Below the pieces are notes generated by a model. The model was not told the origin of the DNA. It searched no databases and saw nothing but the letters and a program-made list of their open reading frames with translations. A stretch of 64,000 nucleotides of DNA from an uncultured Methanoregulaceae archaeon (lineage in GTDB: Archaea; Halobacteriota; Methanomicrobia; Methanomicrobiales; Methanospirillaceae). The stretch spans positions 480,001 through 544,000 of the forward strand of contig OY970061.1 in the NCBI GenBank assembly GCA_963705255.1. The letters run 5' to 3'. The position numbers and the translations under genes were made by a program. Shown here in pieces: positions 10,678 to 22,664 of the stretch; the first letter of the stretch is position 1; each line of letters begins with the position of its first letter.

Positions 10678-10762
10678 TGCGAGGGATGGGATTCGAACCC
10701 AAGAACTCCTACGAGACTAGGCCCTCAACCTAGCGCCTTTGACCTGGCTTGGCTACCCTCGC
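10678..10762 (-). tRNA. tRNA-Leu(GAG)
   Basis: 85-nt cloverleaf GCGAGGG...CCCTCGCA, anticodon arm CTAGG-TTGAGGG-CCTAG, long variable arm, GGTTCGAATCC. Confidence 0.97.
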
Positions 10763-10990
10763 TCTGTGCCATATCAAAGAGGTTGTCTATCTAATAAAAT
10801 CTTATGTAAGTTGATGCGGGATACGGAAACAAGATCCGGAACAATGCTGGAACGATCTGTGGGATGCAGAATATCTGAACGAATACGAGCCTGCATCCCC
10901 GTTTATCTGGGCAGAATAAAAAACGCGTGAATTCACCGGCACTGGTGCAGCATGGGGAACATAGATGTATATTTATAAGCGTCATACCCA

Positions 10991-11500
10991 GTGGTGAGTA
11001 TGTGGTCAGATATCATCCACGAATTTGCCGACTCGCCCTCGCAGAATCGCGTGGTGAGGTTCCTCCTGGAGAACGGGTTTGGGGTAACGGAAGACGGGCG
11101 GATCAGCTGCAACGGGATCGAAGTGCCGGCAACTGCCGTAGCCAAGGTGATCGGTTCCGACCGGAGGGTCGTGGACTCCACCGCGCGGCGCATCCTTGAG
11201 CGCCCGATGCTGCGGGACATCTTTCTCAACATGCGGGCAACGCCGGACCTGAGCAGGGTCGCAGAATCGCTGGGGTTCTTTGTCATCACGGTCCTGCCGA
11301 AGAATGCCAGTGAGCGGGGCATCGTTGGTGCGGCAGTCAGGGTGCTGTCCGAGCACTCCGTTGCAATCCGCCAGATCTTCGTTACCGACCCCCAGTTTTC
11401 CGAAGAGCCGAAACTGGTCATCATCATAGAGGAGGCTCCCCCGGCAGGCGTGGTCGAACAGATCCGGGCGCTGCCTCAGGTAAAACAGGTCATTATCTGA
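10991..11500 (+). CDS. ACT-domain regulator of amino acid metabolism (COG2150-like)
   Basis: N-terminal HTH-like DRRVVDST; C-terminal ACT domain (IRQIFVTDP). Confidence 0.8.
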   Translation: MVSMWSDIIHEFADSPSQNRVVRFLLENGFGVTEDGRISCNGIEVPATAVAKVIGSDRRVVDSTARRILERPMLRDIFLNMRATPDLSRVAESLGFFVITVLPKNASERGIVGAAVRVLSEHSVAIRQIFVTDPQFSEEPKLVIIIEEAPPAGVVEQIRALPQVKQVII

Positions 11501-11534
11501 AAAAATTCATACCGGTTCAGAACCGGTTCTCTTT

Positions 11535-12036
11535 TCAGCTGCACAGCAGCTCGACTTCGAGGGAAAGACGGTACATCCGCTTTCGGGCTTTCCGTGGAAG
11601 CGTAAACGCGGAGGCCAGGCAGACTCTCAATACTCTCCTGTTTCCGGCCGGCAATCAGGTTATCGGAGTGTGTTACAATCTTCTGCTCGGTCGTCACCGG
11701 CATGCAGTCCCGGGGAGAGAGCCCAAGCAGCGTACACTCGTCGGCGGTGAGGCCGGCGCCGGTATGGCACTCGACAATCCGGGCGACTGCCTCGGGAAAC
11801 CCCTGTTCGCGGAGGAGGTCCGCACCTGCCTGGGCGTGCAGGATAGAATGGGTCCTGCTCCGTCCGATATCATGGAGCATCGCACCTTCTTCCACAAGAC
11901 CGGCATCCACCTCAGGGTTGTGCCCGGCATATCCGCATGCGCACTCCCGTACAGCCCTGCAGTGGGCTATGACTTTCGGGCTGCACCCTGCCCCGTGCAG
12001 AAGATCTTCGTACCTTTTCTGCTTCCGGTCAGGCAT
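11535..12036 (-). CDS. HDIG-domain phosphohydrolase (TIGR00295-like), +1 frameshift near 11620
   Basis: VIAHC, LHDIGR, ECHTGAG and HSDNL motifs; a plausible C-terminus RKRMYRLSLEVELLCS* lies in the shifted frame. Confidence 0.8.
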
Positions 12037-12550
12037 GGCCGAGTGACTTTTTTATCGCTTCTATCCTGAGCTTGAGGGATTTTAAGAGCATCTCGTTGTC
12101 GAAATGCCCCAGCGGCTGGTCGCAGTCGGGGCAGCGGAAATCGCTGTTCATTGCGAGGGGGAACGTGAAGATGAGGTGACACTCTTTGCAGATGTAGAAG
12201 TCGTTCTCCTCTTCGAACCGTTCCCTCCGGGAGAGTTTCTCAAGGACGAGCCCCATGTCCTCCCGGATCGCATCATAGATCCGGTCGGTCCGGAGCTGCC
12301 AGAGATAGGTGAGCCAGCCGGTCTCATTGTTCTTGATCCGGTGGTACTCGGCGAGCCGCTTTTCATAGAGGGTATAGAGCGTGTGCCGTACCGAGTTTAA
12401 GTTGATACCCGTACTTGCTGCGAGATCTTCGTCGCTGTGTTCCCCCTCTTTTGGGAAGCGTTCGAGAAGATTGAGCCCTTCATCGCCGACAAGGCGGTGG
12501 AGGTACGCACGTATTGCCGGATCGTTCAGCGTTTCTTCGGTTGGATCCAT
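12029..12550 (-). CDS. tfe: Transcription factor E (TFIIE alpha)
   Basis: Winged helix (VRHTLYTLYE, GWLTYLW) plus zinc ribbon CxxC...CPxC. Confidence 0.93.
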   Translation of the reverse strand: MDPTEETLNDPAIRAYLHRLVGDEGLNLLERFPKEGEHSDEDLAASTGINLNSVRHTLYTLYEKRLAEYHRIKNNETGWLTYLWQLRTDRIYDAIREDMGLVLEKLSRRERFEEENDFYICKECHLIFTFPLAMNSDFRCPDCDQPLGHFDNEMLLKSLKLRIEAIKKSLGHA

Positions 12551-13626
12551 CAGCGCATATATTGTCGGACGGTAGTAATATGCTTATCCAGCACCGACAG
12601 CGCTTCCGTGCGGGTGGCACCGCTGCCGTACACGCTGACAACTGCCTGCCCTTCCTCAAATCGGGTTCCGGGCCACGGGATGTCGGCAACGAGGCCCTTC
12701 AGCTGTGCAAGGTCGGCGTTGACGGTCAGGTCCCGCTCTGCGAAGAGGATCCTTCGGGCAGCCACCTGGTTCGGGGGTGGTACGGAGTCCGGGAGTCTTC
12801 CCGCACAGGCATCTGCATGGAGCTGGAACAGGTTGCACCCGCACGCCATCTCGACCGTATCGACCGTCCCCTGGAAGCGCGGGTTCACCTCAATTGCCCA
12901 TGCCTCCCCGTCACCGGCCACGAAATCGATCCCGATGGTCCCGCTGCAGCCGCTCGCTGCTGCGATCCGTTCGGCAGCTGCGACCATGCGTGCATGGAGC
13001 GGGTGGCCGAACGGTGTTACCGAACCGCAGAAACCGAATACCGACTCTCCCCTGCCCTGGAGGAACTGCTCGTTCGTGGCAACGGCCCGCGCGCCGACAC
13101 CGTCCGTGATACAGCAGACACTCGCGGGCACGCCCCTGGCCAGTTCCTGGCGGATGGAGGGGACATCAGGGTAGAGCGATTCCCAGGCACGCAGCTCTTC
13201 TGCGTTCTGAACAACTGCATTCCGCCACCCGCCGGCTCCTCTCCGGGGCTTGACCATGGCGGGAAACTCCCCGGCCCCCATGAGCCGGGGGACCGGGACG
13301 TCCAGCTGCTCAAAAAAATGCTGGGTATCCAGCTTGTCGAGAAACCGTGCGATCTTCTCCCGGGGGGTCCCGCAGAGCGGGATCGTCACCGGCAGGTCTT
13401 CTGCCCCGGACGTTGTGACGAACAGGTCAAATGCATGGCGCCGTGCCATCCGGTCGATCGCCCCGGGAAGGTCTTCGAGGGCCTCGAACTTCTCCCGGTC
13501 CCGGGTGCACCACCCCAGGTCCTGGTCGCAGAAGTGATCGACGGCACACACTTCATACCCTGCACGATATGCCGACTGTGCGACGTGGCGTGTCGCAAAG
13601 CCGGCGACCAGGACCCTCCCCTTCAC
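12550..13626 (-). CDS. ATP-grasp domain protein (COG2232-like)
   Basis: [12 protein letters not shown] and EVNPRFQG motifs. Confidence 0.85.
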   Translation of the reverse strand: MKGRVLVAGFATRHVAQSAYRAGYEVCAVDHFCDQDLGWCTRDREKFEALEDLPGAIDRMARRHAFDLFVTTSGAEDLPVTIPLCGTPREKIARFLDKLDTQHFFEQLDVPVPRLMGAGEFPAMVKPRRGAGGWRNAVVQNAEELRAWESLYPDVPSIRQELARGVPASVCCITDGVGARAVATNEQFLQGRGESVFGFCGSVTPFGHPLHARMVAAAERIAAASGCSGTIGIDFVAGDGEAWAIEVNPRFQGTVDTVEMACGCNLFQLHADACAGRLPDSVPPPNQVAARRILFAERDLTVNADLAQLKGLVADIPWPGTRFEEGQAVVSVYGSGATRTEALSVLDKHITTVRQYMR

Positions 13627-14153
13627 CGTTCCTCCGTCTGCTTTCCGGCTTTTGACGGCACGATGCGGATCTGCGCCCCGGGAAACTCGTTCCGCAGTTC
13701 CTCCCCGGAGAAGAGGTGGTCGAGGAAGAGCGCCAGGCTCGAGATCTCGGAATGGGGCTGGGCAGTGACGGCCACATTGTAGTCGGCAAGGCCGTAAATC
13801 TCGCCGGGCACTTTCTCTGCCCCGACAATGACGAGTATCTTTTCATGCGGCCGTATCCCGCTGACAACGTCCGGCAGGTTCAGGCCGTACATCGTCAGGT
13901 GGACGACCGTTCCCCCGGAGGCCTTCCACTCCTTTATGCAGGAGCGCCACTTCACGTTATCCTCGCAGAAGAAGTCCCCGCCCCAGCGCTCCACAACGTC
14001 CGCGATGCTCCGGACAACCCCCTTGTCGGATGCAGCAAGGTACATCCCCGCCGCGCCCAGCGCCCGCCCGGTCAGGCCGACATGGGTGGTGACGCGCTGG
14101 TCGCGTTCGGGACGGTGGCCGATCCGGAGAATAACAACCTCGCGTGCCGGCAT
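13623..14153 (-). CDS. tRNA (cytidine56-2'-O)-methyltransferase aTrm56
   Basis: [30 protein letters not shown] and QPHSE motifs. Confidence 0.95.
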   Translation of the reverse strand: MPAREVVILRIGHRPERDQRVTTHVGLTGRALGAAGMYLAASDKGVVRSIADVVERWGGDFFCEDNVKWRSCIKEWKASGGTVVHLTMYGLNLPDVVSGIRPHEKILVIVGAEKVPGEIYGLADYNVAVTAQPHSEISSLALFLDHLFSGEELRNEFPGAQIRIVPSKAGKQTEER

Positions 14154-14154
14154 G

Positions 14155-14427
14155 TCAGGTCTTCCTCTGCTTTACCACGCCGTTTTCGATGGTGAACGGG
14201 AGACTGTCATCATATTTTGCCTGGTTCCGGATGAGGGACTCGCCGAACGTCAGCACCCGTACCTGTTCCCCGTCCCGCTCGATGAGGCAGGAGCGGTCAA
14301 GGCGTACCAGGGAGGCTTCGACTGATGACCGGCCAAGCCCGCTCTTGTCGACAAGCATCTCCACGCTGGCCGGTGATGCCGGGGGGATCAGGTGGTAGAC
14401 CAGCCAGTCCGCATCCTCTTCTTTCAC
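14155..14427 (-). CDS. Small winged-helix (MarR-like) protein
   Basis: HTH-like [15 protein letters not shown]; abuts aTrm56. Confidence 0.7.
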   Translation of the reverse strand: MKEEDADWLVYHLIPPASPASVEMLVDKSGLGRSSVEASLVRLDRSCLIERDGEQVRVLTFGESLIRNQAKYDDSLPFTIENGVVKQRKT

Positions 14428-14529
14428 CTGTATTCATTCCATGCGGAGGTGAATAAGGGTTGTTGTCCCGGGCTGCACAGGGGTGCGGTCTTCAGCGATT
14501 TTTTTATCCTCCGCAACCAATACGTGGCA

Positions 14530-14940
14530 ATGAGTACTGACCGTTCGGTAGTCCCGTATCCCACGCTGGTTGCCACAGCCGACAAACTCCTCGATGACTG
14601 CGAGGACGATGTGGTCTGCCTCTCGATACGGATAGGCTCTCTTGATGCGGACCTGCAGAGCGAACTGCTGGTCTCCGACCTGCTCAACGCGTACCAGGCA
14701 TTCTATCACTCCTTCCGGACTGCCCCGGATGATCTTCTCAGGGAGCGCCTTGAACTGGAGCCTGCGTCCGCGCTTGTCCACGGCCTGAAGATCGCCGAGA
14801 TCGATCTCCTCGAACTCTTCTTTCTCGTCCGGGACAACGAGCCAATCGTCGCTATCAGTGACGGGGAAAAGGTTGTTGCTGAATATACCGGCCGGAATGC
14901 CTATGCAAACGCGATGAAGTTCGTTGAAAACCCGCAGTGA
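14530..14940 (+). CDS. Hypothetical protein
   Basis: Acidic 136-aa ORF with coding-like composition, starting MSTDRS. Confidence 0.7.
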   Translation: MSTDRSVVPYPTLVATADKLLDDCEDDVVCLSIRIGSLDADLQSELLVSDLLNAYQAFYHSFRTAPDDLLRERLELEPASALVHGLKIAEIDLLELFFLVRDNEPIVAISDGEKVVAEYTGRNAYANAMKFVENPQ

Positions 14941-15380
14941 ACAGACTGAGTGAACAGACCGGAAATCTTTTGCATACGGCTCCGGAAAAAATGTATCCGG
15001 AAGAAAGCCGGTGCCACACCCGGGTACATTTTTTTATTCCCTATTCTTCTTTGGTTCCCGGTTACTGTTATGCGATCGAATGATGACTCGTCCGAACTTT
15101 CGTAAACATTTGCGGGTTCAGGTAGTCATATATATTTTTGTATATAATACATTAAGAATACAATATCTGGCCCGCGCGAATCCTGCGGCAGTTGTTGAAG
15201 GCTGGTGTCTCGTATGGCCAGGACGAGTGGTTGAATGATTGGAGTGAGCTTTATAGACGTGAAAGAGGAGAAAATTGCTGTAGCTGCCGGGCCGGCATGC
15301 ATTCCGCCCGGCAGGATGCCGGGAAATTTCATCGACAAACTTTGGTGCACGGACGGATCGTCTCTACCCGGAGATACCGC

Positions 15381-15842
15381 ATGACCCGGGGGCGCATACC
15401 GGTTCGCGCCCTCGGGTTCGCGGAGCCGATCGCGGAGAAGCGGGGACTGGTCCAGCATTACGTGCGCGAGCCCGGAGCGATCTGTAATTTTGAGATCCTG
15501 AGCCCGGGCATCGTGACAAAGGTGGCACTCAGGTGCGTCCGCAGGCTCGGCTGTTCGATACGGGAGATCGAACGGGACCTCGGGGCGGAGATCGCGGAGA
15601 TCCGGATCATCGCGTCTTCGCGGGAGATCTCCCGCGAGCTCTGGCTCTGCTCGCCCCGGTACGCGTACCGCTTCTTCCGGGTCCTGGATGACGAGCTCGT
15701 CGAGCTCGATCGGGACGGCTCTCCGCTGCCGGTAACGATAGCCGGTGCCGGGCTGCCGGGTCCTGGCCCGGTACCACCCTCCGGCCCCCAGCCCGGAGCT
15801 GATCAGCCTGACACGGGGAAAAAAACCGGAACCGTTCCTTAG
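15381..15842 (+). CDS. Hypothetical protein with Pro/Gly-rich repeat tail (frame stays open past TAG to 16091)
   Basis: MTRGRIPVRA...ISRELWLCSPRYAYRFFRV globular part, then 17-aa repeats. Confidence 0.65.
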   Translation: MTRGRIPVRALGFAEPIAEKRGLVQHYVREPGAICNFEILSPGIVTKVALRCVRRLGCSIREIERDLGAEIAEIRIIASSREISRELWLCSPRYAYRFFRVLDDELVELDRDGSPLPVTIAGAGLPGPGPVPPSGPQPGADQPDTGKKTGTVP

Positions 15843-15960
15843 TCCGGTTCCAATCCACCGGGCACGGACAAAAAATCCGGAATCAGTTCTCAACCCGGTG
15901 CCGAGCAACGGGACAATGATAAAAAATCCGGAACCCTCTCTGAACTCGGTCCTGGCAATC
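15789..15960 (+). repeat. About 3.3 degenerate 51-bp tandem repeats
   Basis: Recurrent AAAAAA(T/A)CCGGAA core at 51-bp spacing. Confidence 0.7.
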
Positions 15961-16361
15961 CGATCACGGGCACGCCGGCCGCTTCCGGACCGGTGCCCGG
16001 CGCCATGACGCCAGCACCCGGCCCTGCGTCCGGTACCGGGCCGGTTACCCCCACCAATCCACCGGATGGTCAGACGCCCGGCAGGGACTAACCCGGCGGG
16101 GTCACGCGCTTCGCGGGCGTCCGGGTCACTTCCCACGCCGCTCTTTTCGATCTGCTCTTTCTGCCTGGACTACGAAATGACGCAGGATCTCCTTGGAGAT
16201 TATACTAATTACTAATTAGCAGAAATAGTGAAATCTTCTCATTGGCAGTTAGTGACCGCCGGTAATGCAGGATGTCCGGTTTGCCCGGGGCTCCTGGGGG
16301 GCGGCAAGGTTCTTCGACGAGCAGATCCCTACCCGGACATGGGGGGCAAGACTACCGCCCA

Positions 16362-16390
16362 TTCGAAGAACCCCTCCGGGGTTCTTCTCG
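16362..16390 (-). repeat. REP-like palindrome (GAGAAGA-stem-TCTTCG family)
   Basis: CGAGAAGAACCCC-GGA-GGGGTTCTTCGAA. Confidence 0.6.
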
Positions 16391-16936
16391 TAGTTCACCC
16401 CTTCAGGGTTCACTATTTTCAAATCTGGCTCCTTTTCGAAAACGGGGGCTAATTTGCGGGAATTCACCCGGGCCGGGATCTTCAGGAGTTCCGGAAAAGT
16501 GCGTAATTCCGGGAAAATGGATGTAAATTCAAAATAATTCGCTCGTTACGGCCACAGTTTGTTGAAAATCACATCTGAATCCCAAAGTGCGCTAACAGAA
16601 GCAATTGGCTGATAAAACCCTTTTTTTCCAGGGTACAGCAGGCAGATCGAAGGAAACCCCTGTTTTTACGGATCCGATCTTCCGTCGGAAATTGTTATTT
16701 CTCCGTTGTAGAATCTGATGACGCTCCTCCTTTAGGTGAGATGATCGGTCGGATGTTGGAGTTGAGTATAACCCCTGACGTTCTGAGATCATTGATCTAT
16801 TGGATTTATAGAGAATATTTTCTGCACTTTCACACCGTGGATCAGCAGGTTTATTGTGTGACGCAATGAAGGGGAAATCAATCAATAAAATTCAAGTGAG
16901 AACGATAAAATTCTTCGATAAAACCCAGTGTTGACT

Positions 16937-19109
16937 ATGTATTATGCTCATTCAACAAAAAATCCGGATAAATCTGACTGGCAGCTCCTCCGCGATCATC
17001 TGACCAATGTTGCAACAATCTCGGGAGAGTTCGCTTATGATTTCAACGCCGGTGAATTGGCATATACGAGCGGACTCCTTCATGATCTCGGGAAATATTC
17101 CCTGGAATTCCAGAGGCGTCTTGAAGATCCCTGCATTCGGGCAGATCACTCGACAGCCGGTGCCCTGGAAGCCGGTAAATCCTACCATCAATCCTATGGC
17201 CGCGTCCTCTCGTACGTTATCGTCGGCCACCACGGCGGGCTCCTGAATTTCGGCAGCGTTGAGAGCGGGCTCGAAGAACGGTTGCGGAGGACCAGCATCC
17301 CGGATTATTCTCAGCTACAGAGACGAGATCGCTTTGCGTGATCAGAATTTATTCCAGCTCGCACTGAAACCGCTCCCCAAAAAATCCGGGTTTTGTCTCT
17401 CTTTTTTCACACGATTACTATACTCATGCCTCGTGGATGCGGACTCGCTCGACACGGAAAGATTCGTGGCTCCGGAAAAATTTTCCGTACGCGGGACATT
17501 CGACTCGTTCGAAAAACTCCGGGAAAAGTTCGATGCAGTCATGCAGGAAAAAAATTCCCGGGCAACCGATTCCCTCATCAACCGGGAGCGAAAAAATATT
17601 TTCGACCAGTGTGTCGCGGCCGGCTCGCAACAGCCTGGATTTTTTTCCCTGACCGTTCCAACGGGCGGGGGCAAGACTCTCTCCTCCATGGCCTTCGCGC
17701 TCGAACACCTGAAGAAAAACAATCTGAAGCGGATCTTTTATATCATCCCCTACACGAGCATTATCGAGCAGAATGCCAAGGTTTTCCGGGATGTCTTCGG
17801 GAACCCGAATGTGCTGGAGCATCATAGTAATTTTGATCCCACGAGCTTGAAAGACGACAATGATCCCGTTTGCGAATCGCTCAAGCTCGCTACCGAGAAC
17901 TGGGACATGCCGATTGTGGTCACGACTAATGTCCAGTTCTTCGAGTCGCTCTTCTCTAACAAACGATCCCGGTGCCGGAAACTGCATAACCTTGCCAGGA
18001 GCGTGATCATTCTTGACGAGGCCCAGATGCTCCCGACCGGGTACTTTCTCCCCTGCCTCGCTGCGTTGTCGGAACTTGTCCGGAATTATGGTGCAACGGT
18101 CGTCATCTGTACCGCTACCCAGCCGAAACTTGGCGCACTGCTGGACGAGAGCCTCAGGCCACGGGAGATCATCGATTCACCGGATAAATTGTATGAATCC
18201 TTCAAGCGGGTACGGGTGACTGATCTGAAATCTCTCAGCGATTCAGACCTTTCATCGAGGTTGAAAGAGCTTCCCCGTGTCCTGTGCATCGTGAATACCC
18301 GGAATCACGCAAAGAAATTGTACGATCTCCTCCAGCCCTCCGGGTCCTGCTATCATCTCAGTGCGCGGATGTGTCCCATCCATCGCAGAAAGATGATTGT
18401 GGAGATCAAAGATCTGCTCAAAGAAGGCAAGGACTGCCGGGTAATTTCAACGCAGTTGATCGAAGCCGGGGTTGATATCGATTTCCCGGTTGTGTATCGG
18501 ATAATGAGCGGAATCGATTCGATCGCTCAGGCTGCCGGGAGGTGCAACCGTGAGGGTAAATTACAAGATCTTGGTGAGGTCTTTGTCTTCAAGTCCGAGG
18601 AGAAATACGCTAGGGCAACCGCATGGCAGAACCGTATCGCCGAAATTGGCGAAATGGCGATGAGTTCGTCGCCAGACTCACTTTCGCTCGAAACAATAGC
18701 AGATTATTTCGGGCGATTATACCACTATGAAGATCTCGATATCGAGAAGATCCTTCCCAGAATCGAAGAGCGAAACCGGGAACTTGCATTTCCTTTTGAA
18801 GATATTGCCACGGATTTTCAGTTTATTGATGAGGGTACTAAAGACGTAATAATTCCATTCGACGCTAATGCAAAATTAAAGATTGAAAAACTTCGCAATT
18901 CCGATTCCCCATGGAAGACAGCCCGGGAACTTCAGGGATATTCAGTCAGTATATATCCCAATGAATTCGGGGAGATGGTGAAGATGAATGCGGTCGAGAT
19001 GATTGCCGACCGGTTTTTCATATTAAAATCCTGTGAGGATTATTCCGATGAAACGGGACTGAAGAACCGGTACAATGTCGGTTATGATGGATCGTTATTG
19101 ATGACTTAG
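16937..19109 (+). CDS. cas3: Cas3 HD nuclease-helicase, +1 frameshift near 17312
   Basis: YAHS, LHDLGK and GHHGGL (HD domain); PTGGGKT, DEAQ, TAT and QAAGRCNREG (helicase). Confidence 0.93.
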
Positions 19110-19115
19110 AAGGAG

Positions 19116-19829
19116 GTGGTGGATATTGGATTTGGAATCAAACTGAAAGTCTGGGGCGATTATGCCTGCTTCACACGCCCCGAGATGAAGGTCGAGCGGG
19201 TGAGCTATGACGTGATGACGCCTTCAGCTGCAAGAGGAATTCTCGAAGCAATCTACTGGAAGCCTGCGATTACATGGGAGATTGACCGGATTCACGTAAT
19301 GAACGAGATCAAGTTCGATAATATCCGGCGGAACGAAGTGCTCGGAAAAATATCGTCAAAGACTGTCAGCAATGCAATGCAGGGAAAAGAGATTTCGTTA
19401 TTCATTAATGCAAATGATAAAAATGTCCGGGATCAGCGAGCTTCGGTTATCCTCCGAGATGTTTTGTATTATATTGAAGCTCATTTCAACATGACCGGAA
19501 AAGCAGGTCCCGACGATACCGTTGAAAAACATTACAATGTAGCCCTCAGAAGAATGCGAAAAGGCCAATGCTTTCATAATCCGTATTTTGGGTGTAGAGA
19601 ATTTCCGGTCGCATTTGAATTGGTTGAGGGAGAAATTCCAAAGTCTCAATTTTATGGAAAAACCGGAGAAACAAAAGACCTTGGGATGATGCTTTGGGAT
19701 ATGGACTTTTCGAAAGTAAAAGAGGATTTTTCGAATATAAATGAAATCAAGGCCGTTTTTTTCCATGCGTCTATGGTAGATGGCGTGATGGACGTGCAGA
19801 AGTGCCTCAAGGAGGGATCATTCTCATGA
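19116..19829 (+). CDS. cas5: Type I-C Cas5 (Cas5d)
   Basis: WGDYACFTRPEMKVERVSY, TPSAARGILEAIYWKP and PYFGCREF motifs. Confidence 0.95.
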   Translation: MVDIGFGIKLKVWGDYACFTRPEMKVERVSYDVMTPSAARGILEAIYWKPAITWEIDRIHVMNEIKFDNIRRNEVLGKISSKTVSNAMQGKEISLFINANDKNVRDQRASVILRDVLYYIEAHFNMTGKAGPDDTVEKHYNVALRRMRKGQCFHNPYFGCREFPVAFELVEGEIPKSQFYGKTGETKDLGMMLWDMDFSKVKEDFSNINEIKAVFFHASMVDGVMDVQKCLKEGSFS

Positions 19830-21815
19830 TCATCCAATCGCTGGTGAGATATTATGATTACCTCATTGGGGAAGGAGTGAAAATTCCCCGTTTAGGCTAC
19901 AGTCCCGCAGGGGTTTCATTTGTATTAGTTATATCGCCAGATGGAAAATTAACGAATCTCATCGATCTTCGCCACGATGAAAAGAAAAAGCGATCAAGAC
20001 AATTTGAGGTTCCATACCAAAAAGATCACACAAACAAGGTGGAGCCACATTTCATTTGCGACAATGCAAAATATGTTTTTGGCGTAGAAAAAGTGAAAGA
20101 GGATACCTTAAAAAAACTCAATGCCAAACCGGAAGATGTAAAATTTCTTGAAAAAATACCTGACGCCGCCATAGTCGTTACCTCCAGATCACAAAAGTGT
20201 TTTGAAGAATTCCGTTCTTTCCATCATTCTTTGCTTGACAGCGCAGACGATTCGAAGATCAAAATATTTTTGCATTTTCTTGATTCATGGAAACCATTGG
20301 AATTCCTCAGCAACCGGAAAATTGCCGAATACAAGGATGATATATTTTCCAGCGGTAATTTTGTGTTCCAGGTTGATGGGATCTGTCTCCACAAATCTCC
20401 TATTGTCATGAAATTCTGGGAGGCGTACTATTTGGCGCATATAGCCTCCGGTAAAACTACTGATGCACAATGTCTCGTGACCGGACAAAAAGGTGCAGTT
20501 TCACGATTGCACAAAAAGATACGAGGAGTTGCCAATTCACAATCCGCCGGAGCACCGTTAGTAAGTTTCAACAATGATGCCTTTTGCTCCTATGGTCAAG
20601 ATCAAAGTTTCAATGCACCTGTCAGCGAAGTTGCAATGTTCAAGTATACGACAGTCCTGAATTATCTCCTTGAATACAATAGTAAAAACAAAATTCAGAT
20701 TGGCGATGTCACTACAGTATTCTGGGCTGAGACATCAGCCCCCTATCAAGACCTTACGAATATACTTCTAAATTCTATTGGGAAGCAGCAAGAAAAAGAG
20801 AAGGTTGAAACATCAGAAATTGTGAAGGTCAGGGATCTGTCCACCCAGCAATTAATTGGTGACATACTTGATAAGCTAAGGAAAGGCCAAAAATTGCAGC
20901 AAATAGATATCGGCACCAATCCGGATAAAAATTTTTACATCCTCGGATTAACTTCAAACAACGGACGACTTGCCGTCCGATACTGGTATCAGGACAGTTA
21001 TGGGAATTTTATAACCAATCTTGCACGACATCATCTCGATTTGGAAATTTCACGCGGAAAATATGGTCCGGATTACATTTCCATTCCGAGATTACTTAGT
21101 GCTACATTACCGAGAAAAAGAAATAAAAAATTGACCCAAAAATCATCGAAAAAAGAAACAAAGATTATCAGTGATTCAAAACCAGCCAAATTTTCTCCGC
21201 TGATTTCTAGCCTATTAATTAATGCAATTTTGAAAAATCGCCCGTATCCGCAACAAATGTTCAGTGCAATGATAAACCGGGCAAAAACCGGGAGTATTGA
21301 AGATTATGTCCAACTTGATTACGTTCACACAGGCTTCATGAAAGCATACCTCATTCGATTAGCACGAGCTGGATTATCCAATTTCAAAGAGGAGGAAATT
21401 ACTATGAGTTTAAACAAAGCAAGTCCGAGCGTCCCATATCATCTGGGAAGATTATTCGCTGTCCTGGAATTAGCACAGCGGTCAGCACATAACCAACCTG
21501 AAAACCCGAATGCGGGAATTAAGAGAACGATTCGGGACAGTTATTTTGCCGGTGCATCGCAAACTCCGACAGTCTGTGTTTCCGATCATTCTGAAGCTTC
21601 ATCAGCATCATTTGTCTAAACTGAAATCCGATAAGCCCGGACTAGGGATTTATTATTCAAAATTGGTTGCAGAAATTCTCGAGTCTGTGGATAAAATCCC
21701 CGCATATCTTAGTCCGGAAGAACAAGGCATGTTCATGCTTGGATATTATCATCAAAGCATTTACCGGAAAGGTGAAGAGAACGACAGAACTGAAAAGGAG
21801 GATGACCATGAGTGA
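19826..21815 (+). CDS. cas8c: Type I-C Cas8c (Csd1), +1 frameshift near 21572
   Basis: QCLVTG, LVSFN..AFCSYG, NNGRLAVR, YHLGRLFAVLE and FMLGYYHQ motifs. Confidence 0.92.
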
Positions 21816-22664
21816 ACCCATAAAAAACCGTTATGAATTTGTATTGTTGTTCGATGTTGAAAATGGAAACCCAAACGGGGATCCGGATATGGGAAACATG
21901 CCGAGGATTGATCCCCAAACAGGCTTTGGTATTGTGACCGATGTTGCCCTGAAGCGGAAAATCCGAGATTATGTCGATCTCGTTAAGTCAGGTCAAAAGG
22001 GCTACGATATTTATGTAAAATCCGGCATCGTCCTTAACGATCAACATAAAAAAGCCTATGATTTCATCAAAAAACCTGTATCGAAGAATCCCAGCACAGA
22101 AGACGAAATGAAATTGATCTCATTCATGTGCCAGAATTTCTTCGACATCCGTGCCTTTGGAGCGGTGATGACCCTTGATGTCAACTGCGGCCAGGTCCGG
22201 GACCGGTCCAGCTCACGTTCGCCCGGAGCCAGAATCGTATCTTCCAGCAGGAAGTCACCATCACCCGGCAGGCCGTGGCAAACGCCAAGGATGCCGAGAA
22301 GGGCCAGACGATGGGGAAGAAACAGATCGTTCCCTACGGCCTGTACCGTGCCGAAGGCTACATCTCTGCACACCTCGCAAAGAAAGTCACCGGATTCTCA
22401 GAAGACGATCTCGCCCTGCTCTGGGAGAGCCTGGTCAACATGTTCGAGCACGACCATTCCGCGGCACGGGGAAAACTCTCCGCACGGAAACTGATCGTCT
22501 TCAAGCACGAGAGCGAACTCGGCTGCTGCCAATCGCACGTCCTGTTCGACAAAGTCAAAGTCGAGCGGCTACCTGGTGAACTGCCACCACGATCATTCAG
22601 TGATTACAAAGTCACCGTCGCCAAAGACGTGCCAAAAGGAGTCGAGGTCATCGAGAAGTTATGA
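21808..22664 (+). CDS. cas7: Type I-C Cas7 (Csd2), -1 frameshift near 22200
   Basis: NGNPNGDPD..N.PR, FFDIRAFGAV, TMGKK and MFEHDHSAARG motifs; one missing G restores QVRGPVQ. Confidence 0.93.

Noticed and set aside
15840-15842. Pyrrolysine read-through of the TAG
   Set aside because: No pyl genes are in the window and the site is in a low-complexity tail; a nonsense change is simpler.
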